Notes under the pieces: model-generated
What the model was told of the DNA's origin: nothing
The model's database searches: none
The model's input: the letters and a program-made list of their open reading frames with translations, nothing else
Assembly: GCA_035562755.1 (NCBI GenBank)
Contig: DATMWA010000057.1
Location: forward strand, 3,535-67,534
DNA from: Anaerolineales bacterium
GTDB taxonomy: Bacteria > Chloroflexota > Anaerolineae > Anaerolineales > Villigracilaceae
Length of the DNA stretch: 64,000 nucleotides
Direction of reading: 5' to 3'
Shown here: in pieces, positions 10,429 through 18,638 of the stretch
Layout of the letters: every line of letters starts with the position of its first letter
How positions within the stretch are numbered: position 1 is the first letter of the stretch
Made by a program: the position numbers and the translations under genes

Positions 10429-11791
10429 AGCGAAGGAGGATCGGTTTGCTCTTTTCCGCTCTGATCGGTAGGGCGTTCAGGTCATACGCCATGGCGCCAG
10501 TAACCCTGACCGGAACAATTTCTCCAAGTGGAAGTTGACCTTCGATGAGCACCAAACCGTCAATCTCTGGCGCGTCCCGATAGCTGCGTCCAAAGCTGAT
10601 TCCATTATCGAACCCTTCCACCAATACGTCGAGCTGTTTGCCGACGAAGGATTGATTGATTTCAAGCGAAATGGCTTGCTGCGTTTCCATCAGTTCTTCC
10701 CAACGGGCTTGTTTAACTTCGGCCGGCACATCGTCACCAAGTGGTTCGCTGCTGGTACCCGGCTCAAAGGAAAATTGGAAAGCGCCGACTCGGTCAAAGC
10801 GCACATCCTTGATGAACTTAATCAGGTCAGCAAACTCCTGGTCAGTTTCACCTGGGTATCCGACGATGAAGGTCGTACGAATGGCAAGGTTGGGGATGCG
10901 TAATCGCATTTTTTCGATCGTGTGCTTCACCCAATCCATATTGCTCGGCCGTTTCATTCTGGTTAAGGTGGCAGGGTTGGCATGTTGAAGGGGGATGTCA
11001 AAGTACGGTAGTAATTGACCGCCTTCAGCCATCAGGTCAATAAAGCTGTCGGTAACATAACCTGGAAACGAGTACATCACCCTTAGCCAGTCAATGTTTG
11101 GGGCGGCATGGTTTAGTTTGCGAAGGAGATTTACCAAGCCTTCCTTCTCGCCCCGATCGTGGGCATAATCGGTCGTATCCTGGGCAATTAGAATCAACTC
11201 TCGCGTGCCTAAATCCTGTAATTCAGACGCTTCCGCTAAAATGCTTTCAACAGGACGGCTGACCAGGGTGCCTTTGATGAGCGGAATGGCGCAAAACGCG
11301 CAAGGTCGACGGCAGCCATCGGCAATTTTAAGATAGGCACTCGAGCCATTGAGGCTGGCGCGGGTTACCCCGTGTTCGTCCGTTCCGATAGTCAAATCTT
11401 CGGGTAGATGGTAAATCGGTTGGGGATGCCTGCTGCCGCGTAATTGGTTGGTTAGCTGAGCAATATCCATCCAACGCCGGGTACCAAGGATTCCATCAAT
11501 TCCGGGAACTTTTTGGGCAACTTCGACCCCATAGCGTTGGGTGAGGCAGCCGGCGGCGATTAGAAATTGATCCTTCTTCTTCCGCGACGAAAGGTCATTG
11601 AGGACTTCAATTGACTCATCCTTGGCTGGGCCAATGAAACCGCAAGTGTTGACAATCAAAATACCCGCCTCACGCTCATTATCCACCATCGTGTAGCCAT
11701 CATTGATCAGGATTTGTGCCATTGAATCACTGTCAACCGTATTTTTGGCACATCCCAGGGAAACCAGGTAGAAATTTTTCTTTTTACTCAT
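10427..11791 (-). CDS. rimO: Ribosomal protein S12 methylthiotransferase RimO (MiaB-family radical SAM)
   Basis: N-terminal UPF0004 motif LGCAKNTVDS, radical-SAM cluster CRRPCAFCAIP, and a C-terminal TRAM domain. Confidence 0.85.
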   Translation of the reverse strand: MSKKKNFYLVSLGCAKNTVDSDSMAQILINDGYTMVDNEREAGILIVNTCGFIGPAKDESIEVLNDLSSRKKKDQFLIAAGCLTQRYGVEVAQKVPGIDGILGTRRWMDIAQLTNQLRGSRHPQPIYHLPEDLTIGTDEHGVTRASLNGSSAYLKIADGCRRPCAFCAIPLIKGTLVSRPVESILAEASELQDLGTRELILIAQDTTDYAHDRGEKEGLVNLLRKLNHAAPNIDWLRVMYSFPGYVTDSFIDLMAEGGQLLPYFDIPLQHANPATLTRMKRPSNMDWVKHTIEKMRLRIPNLAIRTTFIVGYPGETDQEFADLIKFIKDVRFDRVGAFQFSFEPGTSSEPLGDDVPAEVKQARWEELMETQQAISLEINQSFVGKQLDVLVEGFDNGISFGRSYRDAPEIDGLVLIEGQLPLGEIVPVRVTGAMAYDLNALPIRAEKSKPILLR

Positions 11792-11807
11792 ATTTTTTAA
11801 TGTGTCC

Positions 11808-13091
11808 TTATGGCGCAGTTGTTGAAGTTGGCCTGGGTGTAGCGCTTGGAATCGGGGTCAGAGTCGGGCGCGGGGTGATCGACGGAGTCAATGTGATGGT
11901 TGGTGAAGGTGTGATGGATGGGGTTGGGGTGATGATTCCTTTGATCGAAAAAATTCTGAGGACTGGTTCGCCATACTGCCCCAGCGTGCCTAAATCCTGG
12001 CCGTTGTAGATAACCTTGATGGAACTGCCGGAACCGGTAAGAACTTGGACTTCTTCGTCGCCATTAAATTCGAGAACATTGCCTGCAATCCCACGAGTAT
12101 TAAGTTTTTCTTCACCATCAACCAGAACCCGTAAAAAGGCTTTTTCGAGGATGATGACGGTGACATTGACGTTTCCAAGGGCTTCCTGGGTTGGAGCTTC
12201 CTGGCTGATCTCAACAATCAATTCTTCCGCGGGGGCTGCCGTTGGGGAAGTTTCAGGAAAAAAATCAACCGGCTGGGCAGCCTGCGGGGTGAAGCTATCT
12301 TCCAGGATAACATCCGATACCGAAAGAGTTTCGGCGCTGGCAATTGGAATTTCCTGATCACTGAGAAAGCGATTAACCGCCCAAATTAACAAACCAAGCG
12401 CAAAAACAATCACTCCGGCGATCACAAAAACATCCCAGGTAAAAAAGCCTAACATTCGGATGAGCGACTTTCCTTCGATTGACTTTGGACGCCCAACAGA
12501 CTGAACTGATTTTGTCCTTTTTTTGAGTAAAGCTTCACCAAAGAGGGTTTCGATCGTTTCTGTGTCCAATTCCAGAAAACGGGCATAATGAATCAACATT
12601 CCCTTGGCCTGGATTGGAGAGCCAAAATCATCAAAATTGCCGCTTTCAATCCTTTCAAGAACGCTTTTACGAATGTGGCTATGCCATTCAACATCCTGGA
12701 GGGTAACGCCAATCTTGGAACGCCTTTCAGAAAACATATTGGCGATTTGCTGATAAATTTGCTTGTATTCGAGCAAATCACCATTCGCAACCGCTGGAAT
12801 TGCTGGTGGCTCGACGGATTTGGTCTCAGATTTTATTGGCAGCACGGGTGGTTTGGCCAGCTCGTAGGCAACTTTGAGATCAACCATCAAATCGCTGGAA
12901 TAAATGCCGAGGTATTCGGCATAGATTTTCGCGAAGCCCCGTAATTGAGCGAAGGAATGAAAATGGTTGAAATCCTCATTTTCAAGGGCGTTAATCACGA
13001 TAGCGCGCAGATGCGTATCGGTTTGGGCAACCTTAATTGTAATATTCTTCGCGATCCGTTGTTCACGGAACCGATTTCCAATAGTAGTCAT
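11808..13091 (-). CDS. RodZ-like cytoskeleton protein with two tandem HTH domains, a TM helix, a DUF4115-like domain and a PT-rich tail
   Basis: Two similar Xre/RodZ-type HTH segments (aa ~1-65 and ~115-180), the TM helix FVIAGVIVFALGLLIWAV, a C-terminal beta-rich domain, then TPTPSITPSPTITLTPSITPRPTLTPIPSATPRPTSTTAP. Confidence 0.7.
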   Translation of the reverse strand: MTTIGNRFREQRIAKNITIKVAQTDTHLRAIVINALENEDFNHFHSFAQLRGFAKIYAEYLGIYSSDLMVDLKVAYELAKPPVLPIKSETKSVEPPAIPAVANGDLLEYKQIYQQIANMFSERRSKIGVTLQDVEWHSHIRKSVLERIESGNFDDFGSPIQAKGMLIHYARFLELDTETIETLFGEALLKKRTKSVQSVGRPKSIEGKSLIRMLGFFTWDVFVIAGVIVFALGLLIWAVNRFLSDQEIPIASAETLSVSDVILEDSFTPQAAQPVDFFPETSPTAAPAEELIVEISQEAPTQEALGNVNVTVIILEKAFLRVLVDGEEKLNTRGIAGNVLEFNGDEEVQVLTGSGSSIKVIYNGQDLGTLGQYGEPVLRIFSIKGIITPTPSITPSPTITLTPSITPRPTLTPIPSATPRPTSTTAP

Positions 13092-13104
13092 GGTTAGTTA
13101 AAAT

Positions 13105-13146
13105 TCATCAAAAACACCGATCTTTTCCTGTTGGATCGATCGGTGT
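13105..13146 (-). terminator. Intrinsic terminator downstream of rplI
   Basis: On the minus strand, stem CACCGATC/GATCGGTG is followed by TTTTTGATGAATTT. Confidence 0.6.
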
Positions 13147-13175
13147 CATCGTTGTCAGTTGGATCCTGAAGTTCT

Positions 13176-13670
13176 TTACGCTTGATTGGGTGTCTCTTCC
13201 ACCATCCGGGTCAGAGGATCGGGCTCACCTTCTTTGTAAGTGATAACGAGAACCTCAGGGATCAGATCCATCGTTAAGCGAACCTGAGCTTTGTATTCGC
13301 CCAAATTACGGATTGGTTGAAGTTCGACCTGTTGTTTCTTGATTTCAAGCCCTGAAACGGCTTTGACCGCGTCCACTACATCCTGAGAGGTGATGGAACC
13401 GTACATCTTTCCATTTTCCCCAGCTTTAACCGGGAAGGAAACTTTGACGGTTTTAAGAACTTCGGCGACCGAACCCATTTCTTCATTCAAAGCAGCCCGT
13501 CGTTTGGTGGCGGCGGCTTTAATGGATTCAACCCGTTTGAGAGCGCCTTCGGTGGCAAGCACGGCGAAGCCCTGCGGCAGAAGGAAGTTTCGACCATACC
13601 CATCAGCGACTTTTTTCACATCACCGGCGCGGCCGAGTTTGTACACGTCTTTCAGTAATAATACTTTCAT
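13176..13670 (-). CDS. rplI: 50S ribosomal protein L9
   Basis: MKVLLLKDVYKLGRAGDVKKVADGYGRNFLLPQGFAV is the canonical L9 N-terminus. Confidence 0.95.
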   Translation of the reverse strand: MKVLLLKDVYKLGRAGDVKKVADGYGRNFLLPQGFAVLATEGALKRVESIKAAATKRRAALNEEMGSVAEVLKTVKVSFPVKAGENGKMYGSITSQDVVDAVKAVSGLEIKKQQVELQPIRNLGEYKAQVRLTMDLIPEVLVITYKEGEPDPLTRMVEETPNQA

Positions 13671-14172
13671 GGTTTTTAAACCCTTTCAAATAGGATATTG
13701 CGCAAGGGTAGCGCAGCAAGTATTTTACCAGCTAATATTCTGGCGTCAACCGTTGGGTGAGATTTCTGGGTTTGGTTAAAATAATGATGAGGCGCGGACC
13801 TGGGCTGTTTTGTAAACATGAATACACGGAGAGGGTATGGAAGCGGAATATTTATTGGAACCGCCGGTGAAACCATGGCGTATCTAAGTAAAAATTTTCT
13901 TTCCGGCTAACGACGGGTGGCGGTAACAAAATGGGTACAGTCAGATGTATATGCGCGGGCTTTCACCGGGATGCGCTTATTGGGCTAAAAAATCTCACTC
14001 CTTTTTGGGGCTTCATACTTGATTATTAAAAAGGCTATTGTAGAATATAGGAACACGATAATTCAAAATGGTCCGCCGGACAAATTCGAGTTAACTGAAA
14101 TACATTATAATGACAGGGTAAAAGTTTTGTAAATAAAACCCGACCCTGTGCCAAACCTTTCAAGGAGCCTTT

Positions 14173-14829
14173 TTGAGTAAGAAGATCTTGCTGGTTGAAG
14201 CGAAAAAACCTGACGGACACAACCTTGGACCGAAATTGAGCAAAAAGGGTTTTGAGGTTCATATCGCTCATAATTCCAACCAGGCTTTGGCACTTTTGCG
14301 AGAATTAAAGATCGATGTGATTTTGATCAACGCGATCTCACTCAACACAAATGGCGCCAGACTGACCGCGACCATTGACAAACAAGATCAATCCCAAACT
14401 CCGATCGTTCTTTTGGTTAACGAACCCTTGAAAATCACAACGCGAGCTGACTTGGTACTAACCGCTCCGATTACCCCTCAAAAGCTGATTAATCGCTTCG
14501 CGGTGTTTTTCCCTAAGGACGAATCTGATTCGATTATGACAGGTCCGATAAAACTGGACATCAATAATCGGCTTGTTTCCTGTAACGATAAGACCACCAA
14601 ACTTACCCCAAAACTATTTGCCATCCTAAAAATCTTAATTGAGCATAAAGGTGTTGTTGTCCACCGGAATGAGATTTTCACCAAAATATGGGATACCGAT
14701 TACCTGGGTGATACCCGTACTTTGGATGTGCATATCAGCTGGTTGCGCAACGCGTTGGAGATCGATCCTTCGGATCCGAAATTGATTGAAACTGAACGCG
14801 GGGTTGGCTTTAAACTGGCGGTTGATTAA
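14173..14829 (+). CDS. OmpR/PhoB-type winged-helix regulator with a degenerate (pseudo-)receiver domain
   Basis: TTG start preceded by AAGGAG. The C-terminal trans_reg_C motifs are present (LTPKLFAILKILIEHKGVVVHRNEI...TRTLDVHISWLRN...GVGFKL). The receiver lacks the DD pocket, the phospho-Asp and the Lys. Confidence 0.8.
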   Translation: MSKKILLVEAKKPDGHNLGPKLSKKGFEVHIAHNSNQALALLRELKIDVILINAISLNTNGARLTATIDKQDQSQTPIVLLVNEPLKITTRADLVLTAPITPQKLINRFAVFFPKDESDSIMTGPIKLDINNRLVSCNDKTTKLTPKLFAILKILIEHKGVVVHRNEIFTKIWDTDYLGDTRTLDVHISWLRNALEIDPSDPKLIETERGVGFKLAVD

Positions 14830-16046
14830 ATAACCTGTTGAAAGATCTGATCTGACCGATCGGTTACCCTGACCACGAGGTGGTCAAGATGACTGGGGAT
14901 CGCCATATTTTTTTGCAGTTTCGTCTCCCGATAGGCCCGAGTAGATTGGCCAAGACTGTTGAAAATACCTTGCTCGGTCATGATTCCCCATTCCCAAAAG
15001 AAGATGTCCTCGTCCCAGATTAATTCCAGCCCACCCTCAACCCGACGAACAAGGTTATCGCGCGCCTGAATCACAGCTTGAGAATTTTCCAACTCGAGCA
15101 TCGCGAAGGGCGACGACCCATCTCTCATCAATCTTTCGGCGGTGATGTGAATTGCCCGCAGCTGATTATCGGCTGCGATAAATTGTCTGCCGAGCCGGTT
15201 GGCTACCCGGGCTGTGGTTCCTGATCCGCTGAAAAAATCAAGCACATAACTCCCCGGATTTGAGGATGCTTTAATAATCCGTTCTAAAAGTTTTTCAGGT
15301 TTTTGGGTAGGGTATCCGGTCCGTTCAGCATGTAGACGGGCAACGACTGGAAAATACCACCAGTCTTCCGGGACTTTCCCGCGCTTTAAATCGGGTATTT
15401 TCCCGAATCCTGCTTTTGGGGAGGAAGCGAAGGTCTTGATCGTGTTCTGGTTGTAATCTGTTCGCACGTCATCGACATTGAAGATGTAATCGTCCGATTT
15501 TGTATAAACGAGGATGGTGTCATGTTTGCGGTTGAAAGCGCTTCGAATGGGAGAAGGTCCGTGATAGGTCCAAATGATCTCGTTCAGGAAATGATCAGAG
15601 CCAAAAATCTCATCCAGAATGAGACGGGCATAGGCATCCGCGTGCCAATCGAGGTGAAGATAGAGCGAGCCCGAGGGTGAAAGAATTTGATGGGCGAGGT
15701 TTAGTCGTTCATACAAAAACTGAAGATATGGCTCAAGGCCGTTCCAGGTATCCTGATACCCCGCCGCCAGCCGCCAGTTCTTTGGCTTGCGTGAATCCTC
15801 TCCCTTACCGACCCGCGCGGAAAAATCTCGATTGGTAAAAAATGGCGGATCGATGTAGATCAAATCCACCCTGCCGGCATGGGTTTGGGTGAGATTACTA
15901 AGAATAGAGAAATTATCCCCAAAAACTAATTGGTTGGTAACAGGGGAACCGGTATTAAAACTCCCGGGAAATACAAGGCTGCGAGAGAGGATTGTCGTCT
16001 GCTGAGGAGCGGTCCGGTTCTTTCCTGCCCAGGTAAATTCGATCAT
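14826..16046 (-). CDS. Site-specific DNA methyltransferase, beta class (N6-adenine or N4-cytosine), apparently orphan
   Basis: The catalytic motif IYIDPPFF precedes the SAM-binding motif DFFSGSGTT, which is the beta-class order. N-terminal WAGKN as in Mod-like enzymes, plus a C-terminal extension of about 100 aa. Confidence 0.8.
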   Translation of the reverse strand: MIEFTWAGKNRTAPQQTTILSRSLVFPGSFNTGSPVTNQLVFGDNFSILSNLTQTHAGRVDLIYIDPPFFTNRDFSARVGKGEDSRKPKNWRLAAGYQDTWNGLEPYLQFLYERLNLAHQILSPSGSLYLHLDWHADAYARLILDEIFGSDHFLNEIIWTYHGPSPIRSAFNRKHDTILVYTKSDDYIFNVDDVRTDYNQNTIKTFASSPKAGFGKIPDLKRGKVPEDWWYFPVVARLHAERTGYPTQKPEKLLERIIKASSNPGSYVLDFFSGSGTTARVANRLGRQFIAADNQLRAIHITAERLMRDGSSPFAMLELENSQAVIQARDNLVRRVEGGLELIWDEDIFFWEWGIMTEQGIFNSLGQSTRAYRETKLQKNMAIPSHLDHLVVRVTDRSDQIFQQVI

Positions 16047-17140
16047 GAATTGACCATTTCCCCGGGTGTGCCATATCCGCGTTTATCGAGGGTAAGTGGA
16101 TCAATTTCATCCGCGCCAGAAGTGGGGTAGACCCAGCGGAAAAGCCATTTGGCTTCGGCGGTTCGCATATTGATGCAGCCACTGCTCATCGGCACTCCAT
16201 AGTTATCGTGCCAGTATGTTCCGTGAAAGGCGTGACCCTGGAAGGGACGATCTGTAAATTTGATGAAACTTGTCCAGGGAACACCGGGGAGTTGATAGGC
16301 GTCCACATCCGCGGCGGCGGCAAGATCCCCGCCACCCATGTGCTTTGAGGGAAATTTGACTGTGATATTGAATTTTCCGGCCGGGGTCTGAGTTGGAATC
16401 CCATTTTTGCCTGGGTTTGGATCCATTCGTCCGGAAGAGATGACCGAGGAAAAAACTTCCACGTTATTTTCGTAACAAACCATGCGCTGACGGGTGAGGT
16501 CAACATAAATGTATTTTTGTTCCCAGGGGACATTGGTACTGAGTGGAGTGATCTCGTCGTCGGGAATCAGCCGGAAGTGATGAGCGGGGGCAATGTAGGT
16601 TTGGTCGATCAATTCATCGAGGATGACATACCACGGCAAACCATCCGGTCCGGTTTCAACACCGACGACCCAATGAACGCTTTCGAAGTAGAGCCGGTTT
16701 ACCAGGCGCCATTCCTCAAGCACTTTGTACATCGCCTGAGTGTAGGGTACGGTTACTTCAGCCAGCTGGCCATTTTCCCTGATTGTGCTTGATGGTTGGT
16801 TCAGGTAAGGCAGGACTTTCTGCGTGCGAGCCCGATGGAGGTAACCACCCCAAACTTTATACCAAACCGGATTGTATTCAGGGGTTCCAGAGTCGACCTC
16901 CTCATACAAATTAAGAATCTCATCCCGGTAAACTACCCGTTTGATTTCTGAGGTATCGTTTGGCTCTTTGTAAATTGGAATGCCTTTATCCTCCAAACCG
17001 TTGCTGGTTACCCGGACTAATGGATAAGGTAAAAACGCATCGAAAGGAGGTAAGGAAGGCAAAAAAAAGCCAGCGGCAAGTACCGTGCCACTGAATTTGA
17101 GGAAATCGCGCCGGTTGAATCGTTTAATCATAGTAAGCAA
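16043..17140 (-). CDS. L,D-transpeptidase (YkuD domain) with twin-arginine signal
   Basis: Tat motif NRRDFLKF and catalytic motif HGTYWHDNYGVPMSSGCINM. The stop overlaps the methyltransferase start (ATGA). Confidence 0.85.
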   Translation of the reverse strand: MLTMIKRFNRRDFLKFSGTVLAAGFFLPSLPPFDAFLPYPLVRVTSNGLEDKGIPIYKEPNDTSEIKRVVYRDEILNLYEEVDSGTPEYNPVWYKVWGGYLHRARTQKVLPYLNQPSSTIRENGQLAEVTVPYTQAMYKVLEEWRLVNRLYFESVHWVVGVETGPDGLPWYVILDELIDQTYIAPAHHFRLIPDDEITPLSTNVPWEQKYIYVDLTRQRMVCYENNVEVFSSVISSGRMDPNPGKNGIPTQTPAGKFNITVKFPSKHMGGGDLAAAADVDAYQLPGVPWTSFIKFTDRPFQGHAFHGTYWHDNYGVPMSSGCINMRTAEAKWLFRWVYPTSGADEIDPLTLDKRGYGTPGEMVNS

Positions 17141-17164
17141 TTTTACCTGATTATAAACAAAAGA

Positions 17165-17191
17165 CCCCGAAAGGGGGTCTTCAGTGAAATC
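17165..17191 (-). terminator. Intrinsic terminator after the SWIM gene
   Basis: AAGACCCC-GAAA-GGGGGTCTT hairpin, followed on the minus strand by TTGTTTAT. Confidence 0.6.
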
Positions 17192-17201
17192 GGACTGTGG
17201 T

Positions 17202-17438
17202 TTATTCCTTAACGGAGATCATGTCTTTGAGCAAAATCTCCAAAGCCATGGTATGCCCACAGCGATCATGCATGGCAAAAAATTCGCAATCACAATTGAA
17301 TTTGCCATCTTTAAAAGTTACAAGGTGATCGTTGTTGTCGCCATGAAAATCCACAGTAAAACTGGTAAAAGTAAACCGGCTGCGGTCTTCAGCATACTTG
17401 TGCGCTTTTTCGATCTTGCCAATCATTCCGTAGTCCAT
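17202..17438 (-). CDS. Small stand-alone SWIM zinc-finger protein (78 aa)
   Basis: CxC-x(n)-CxH signature in FNCDCEFFAMHDRCGHTMA. AGGAG lies upstream of the ATG. Confidence 0.65.
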   Translation of the reverse strand: MDYGMIGKIEKAHKYAEDRSRFTFTSFTVDFHGDNNDHLVTFKDGKFNCDCEFFAMHDRCGHTMALEILLKDMISVKE

Positions 17439-17455
17439 TTTATTTACGCTCCTGT

Positions 17456-17495
17456 AAGAATAAATAAACCAGGCACGCTAAATCAGCGTGCCTGG
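17456..17495 (-). terminator. Intrinsic terminator of the cydAB operon
   Basis: On the minus strand, the 11-bp stem CCAGGCACGCT-GATTT-AGCGTGCCTGG is followed by TTTATTTATTCTT. Confidence 0.8.
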
Positions 17496-17600
17496 AACAT
17501 TAACAAAGGGTTATGTAGGTTAGACCATTCATAATAAGGTTGACCTTACAAAGAGTATAGTTTTATTACTCCTTAATGTCAAATTTTTGATCATTCCTGT

Positions 17601-18629
17601 TTAATAAACCAAAGTCTTCTTATCCACCTTTACCCGTTTCGCGAACATCCAATAGGTCCAAGCTTGATACATCAAGATAATTGGAACGAAGATGAGGGCG
17701 ACGATGGACATGACTCCCAGCGTATAAGCACTGGAAGAGGCGTTGTAGATAGTAAGGCTGTAGGCGGAATCCGTTGAACTAACCATCACGTTGGGGAACA
17801 TCATCATATAAAAAGCGACCTGGGTAAGGATGATGTTCAACCCCGTACTGATGAAAGCCCAACCTTCGCGTTTCCGATTGATAAAAGTACCGGTGAGCAG
17901 AAGAACAGCTACAGCCACAATCGGAATGATACCTGGGTCGATAATCTCCTTGTTCCAGAAATTATTGATGTAGGTATAAATACCCAGGGCCAGATAAAGC
18001 ACGGACGCCACGATCCAGATCTTCTTGGAGGCGTTTACAGCCCGATCCTTAAGCTCGCCAGCTTCCAGTTTGAGTACCAGAAAATTGGCTCCGTGGAGAA
18101 GGAAAACCGAGGTGATTGTGAGCCCTCCGAGTAAGGTGTATGGATTGAGCAAAGTAAAAAAGTTGCCAGTATAGATCATGTTTTCGTTGATCGGCACGCC
18201 ATTCAACAGATTGGAGAAGGCGGTTCCGAGCAATAAAGACGCAAGGAATGATCCGGTCGCGATCATCCAATCGAAGCGTGACCGCCAGGCAGGCTCGGGT
18301 TGTTTTGAGCGATATTCCATGGAGATGCCTCGGATAATCAAGCCGACCAGGAGGAGGAACAAGGCGAGGTAAAAACCACTGAACATGGTGGCATACCAAT
18401 GTGGAAAAGCGGCGAAAGTAGCACCACCAGCGGTAATCAGCCAAACTTCGTTACCATCCCAGGTTGGACCAATGGTATTGATGATCGCGCGTCGTTCCTC
18501 GTCTTTTTTCCCAAGGAAAGGCATCAACATTCCCACACCAAAATCAAAACCTTCCAGAAAATGGAAACCGATCCAGAGTATGGCAATGAGTACGAACCAG
18601 AGTATTTGTAAAATCTCGTATGACATCAT
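17601..18629 (-). CDS. cydB: Cytochrome bd ubiquinol oxidase subunit II
   Basis: 342-aa polytopic protein lying directly downstream of cydA. N-terminus LQILWFVLIAILWIGFHFLEGFDFGVGML is typical of CydB. Confidence 0.9.
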   Translation of the reverse strand: MMSYEILQILWFVLIAILWIGFHFLEGFDFGVGMLMPFLGKKDEERRAIINTIGPTWDGNEVWLITAGGATFAAFPHWYATMFSGFYLALFLLLVGLIIRGISMEYRSKQPEPAWRSRFDWMIATGSFLASLLLGTAFSNLLNGVPINENMIYTGNFFTLLNPYTLLGGLTITSVFLLHGANFLVLKLEAGELKDRAVNASKKIWIVASVLYLALGIYTYINNFWNKEIIDPGIIPIVAVAVLLLTGTFINRKREGWAFISTGLNIILTQVAFYMMMFPNVMVSSTDSAYSLTIYNASSSAYTLGVMSIVALIFVPIILMYQAWTYWMFAKRVKVDKKTLVY

Positions 18630-18638
18630 TTGCTCCTG

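Noticed and set aside
11808-11935. Repetitive GGTG/GGGT-rich DNA that could be mistaken for a tandem or CRISPR-like repeat
   Set aside because: It is the coding sequence of the imperfect Pro/Thr tail of the RodZ-like protein. There are no regularly spaced identical repeats.
17439-17600. Search for a cydX-type small subunit gene downstream of cydB
   Set aside because: Only 8 to 9-codon frames exist between cydB and its terminator, and none is hydrophobic.
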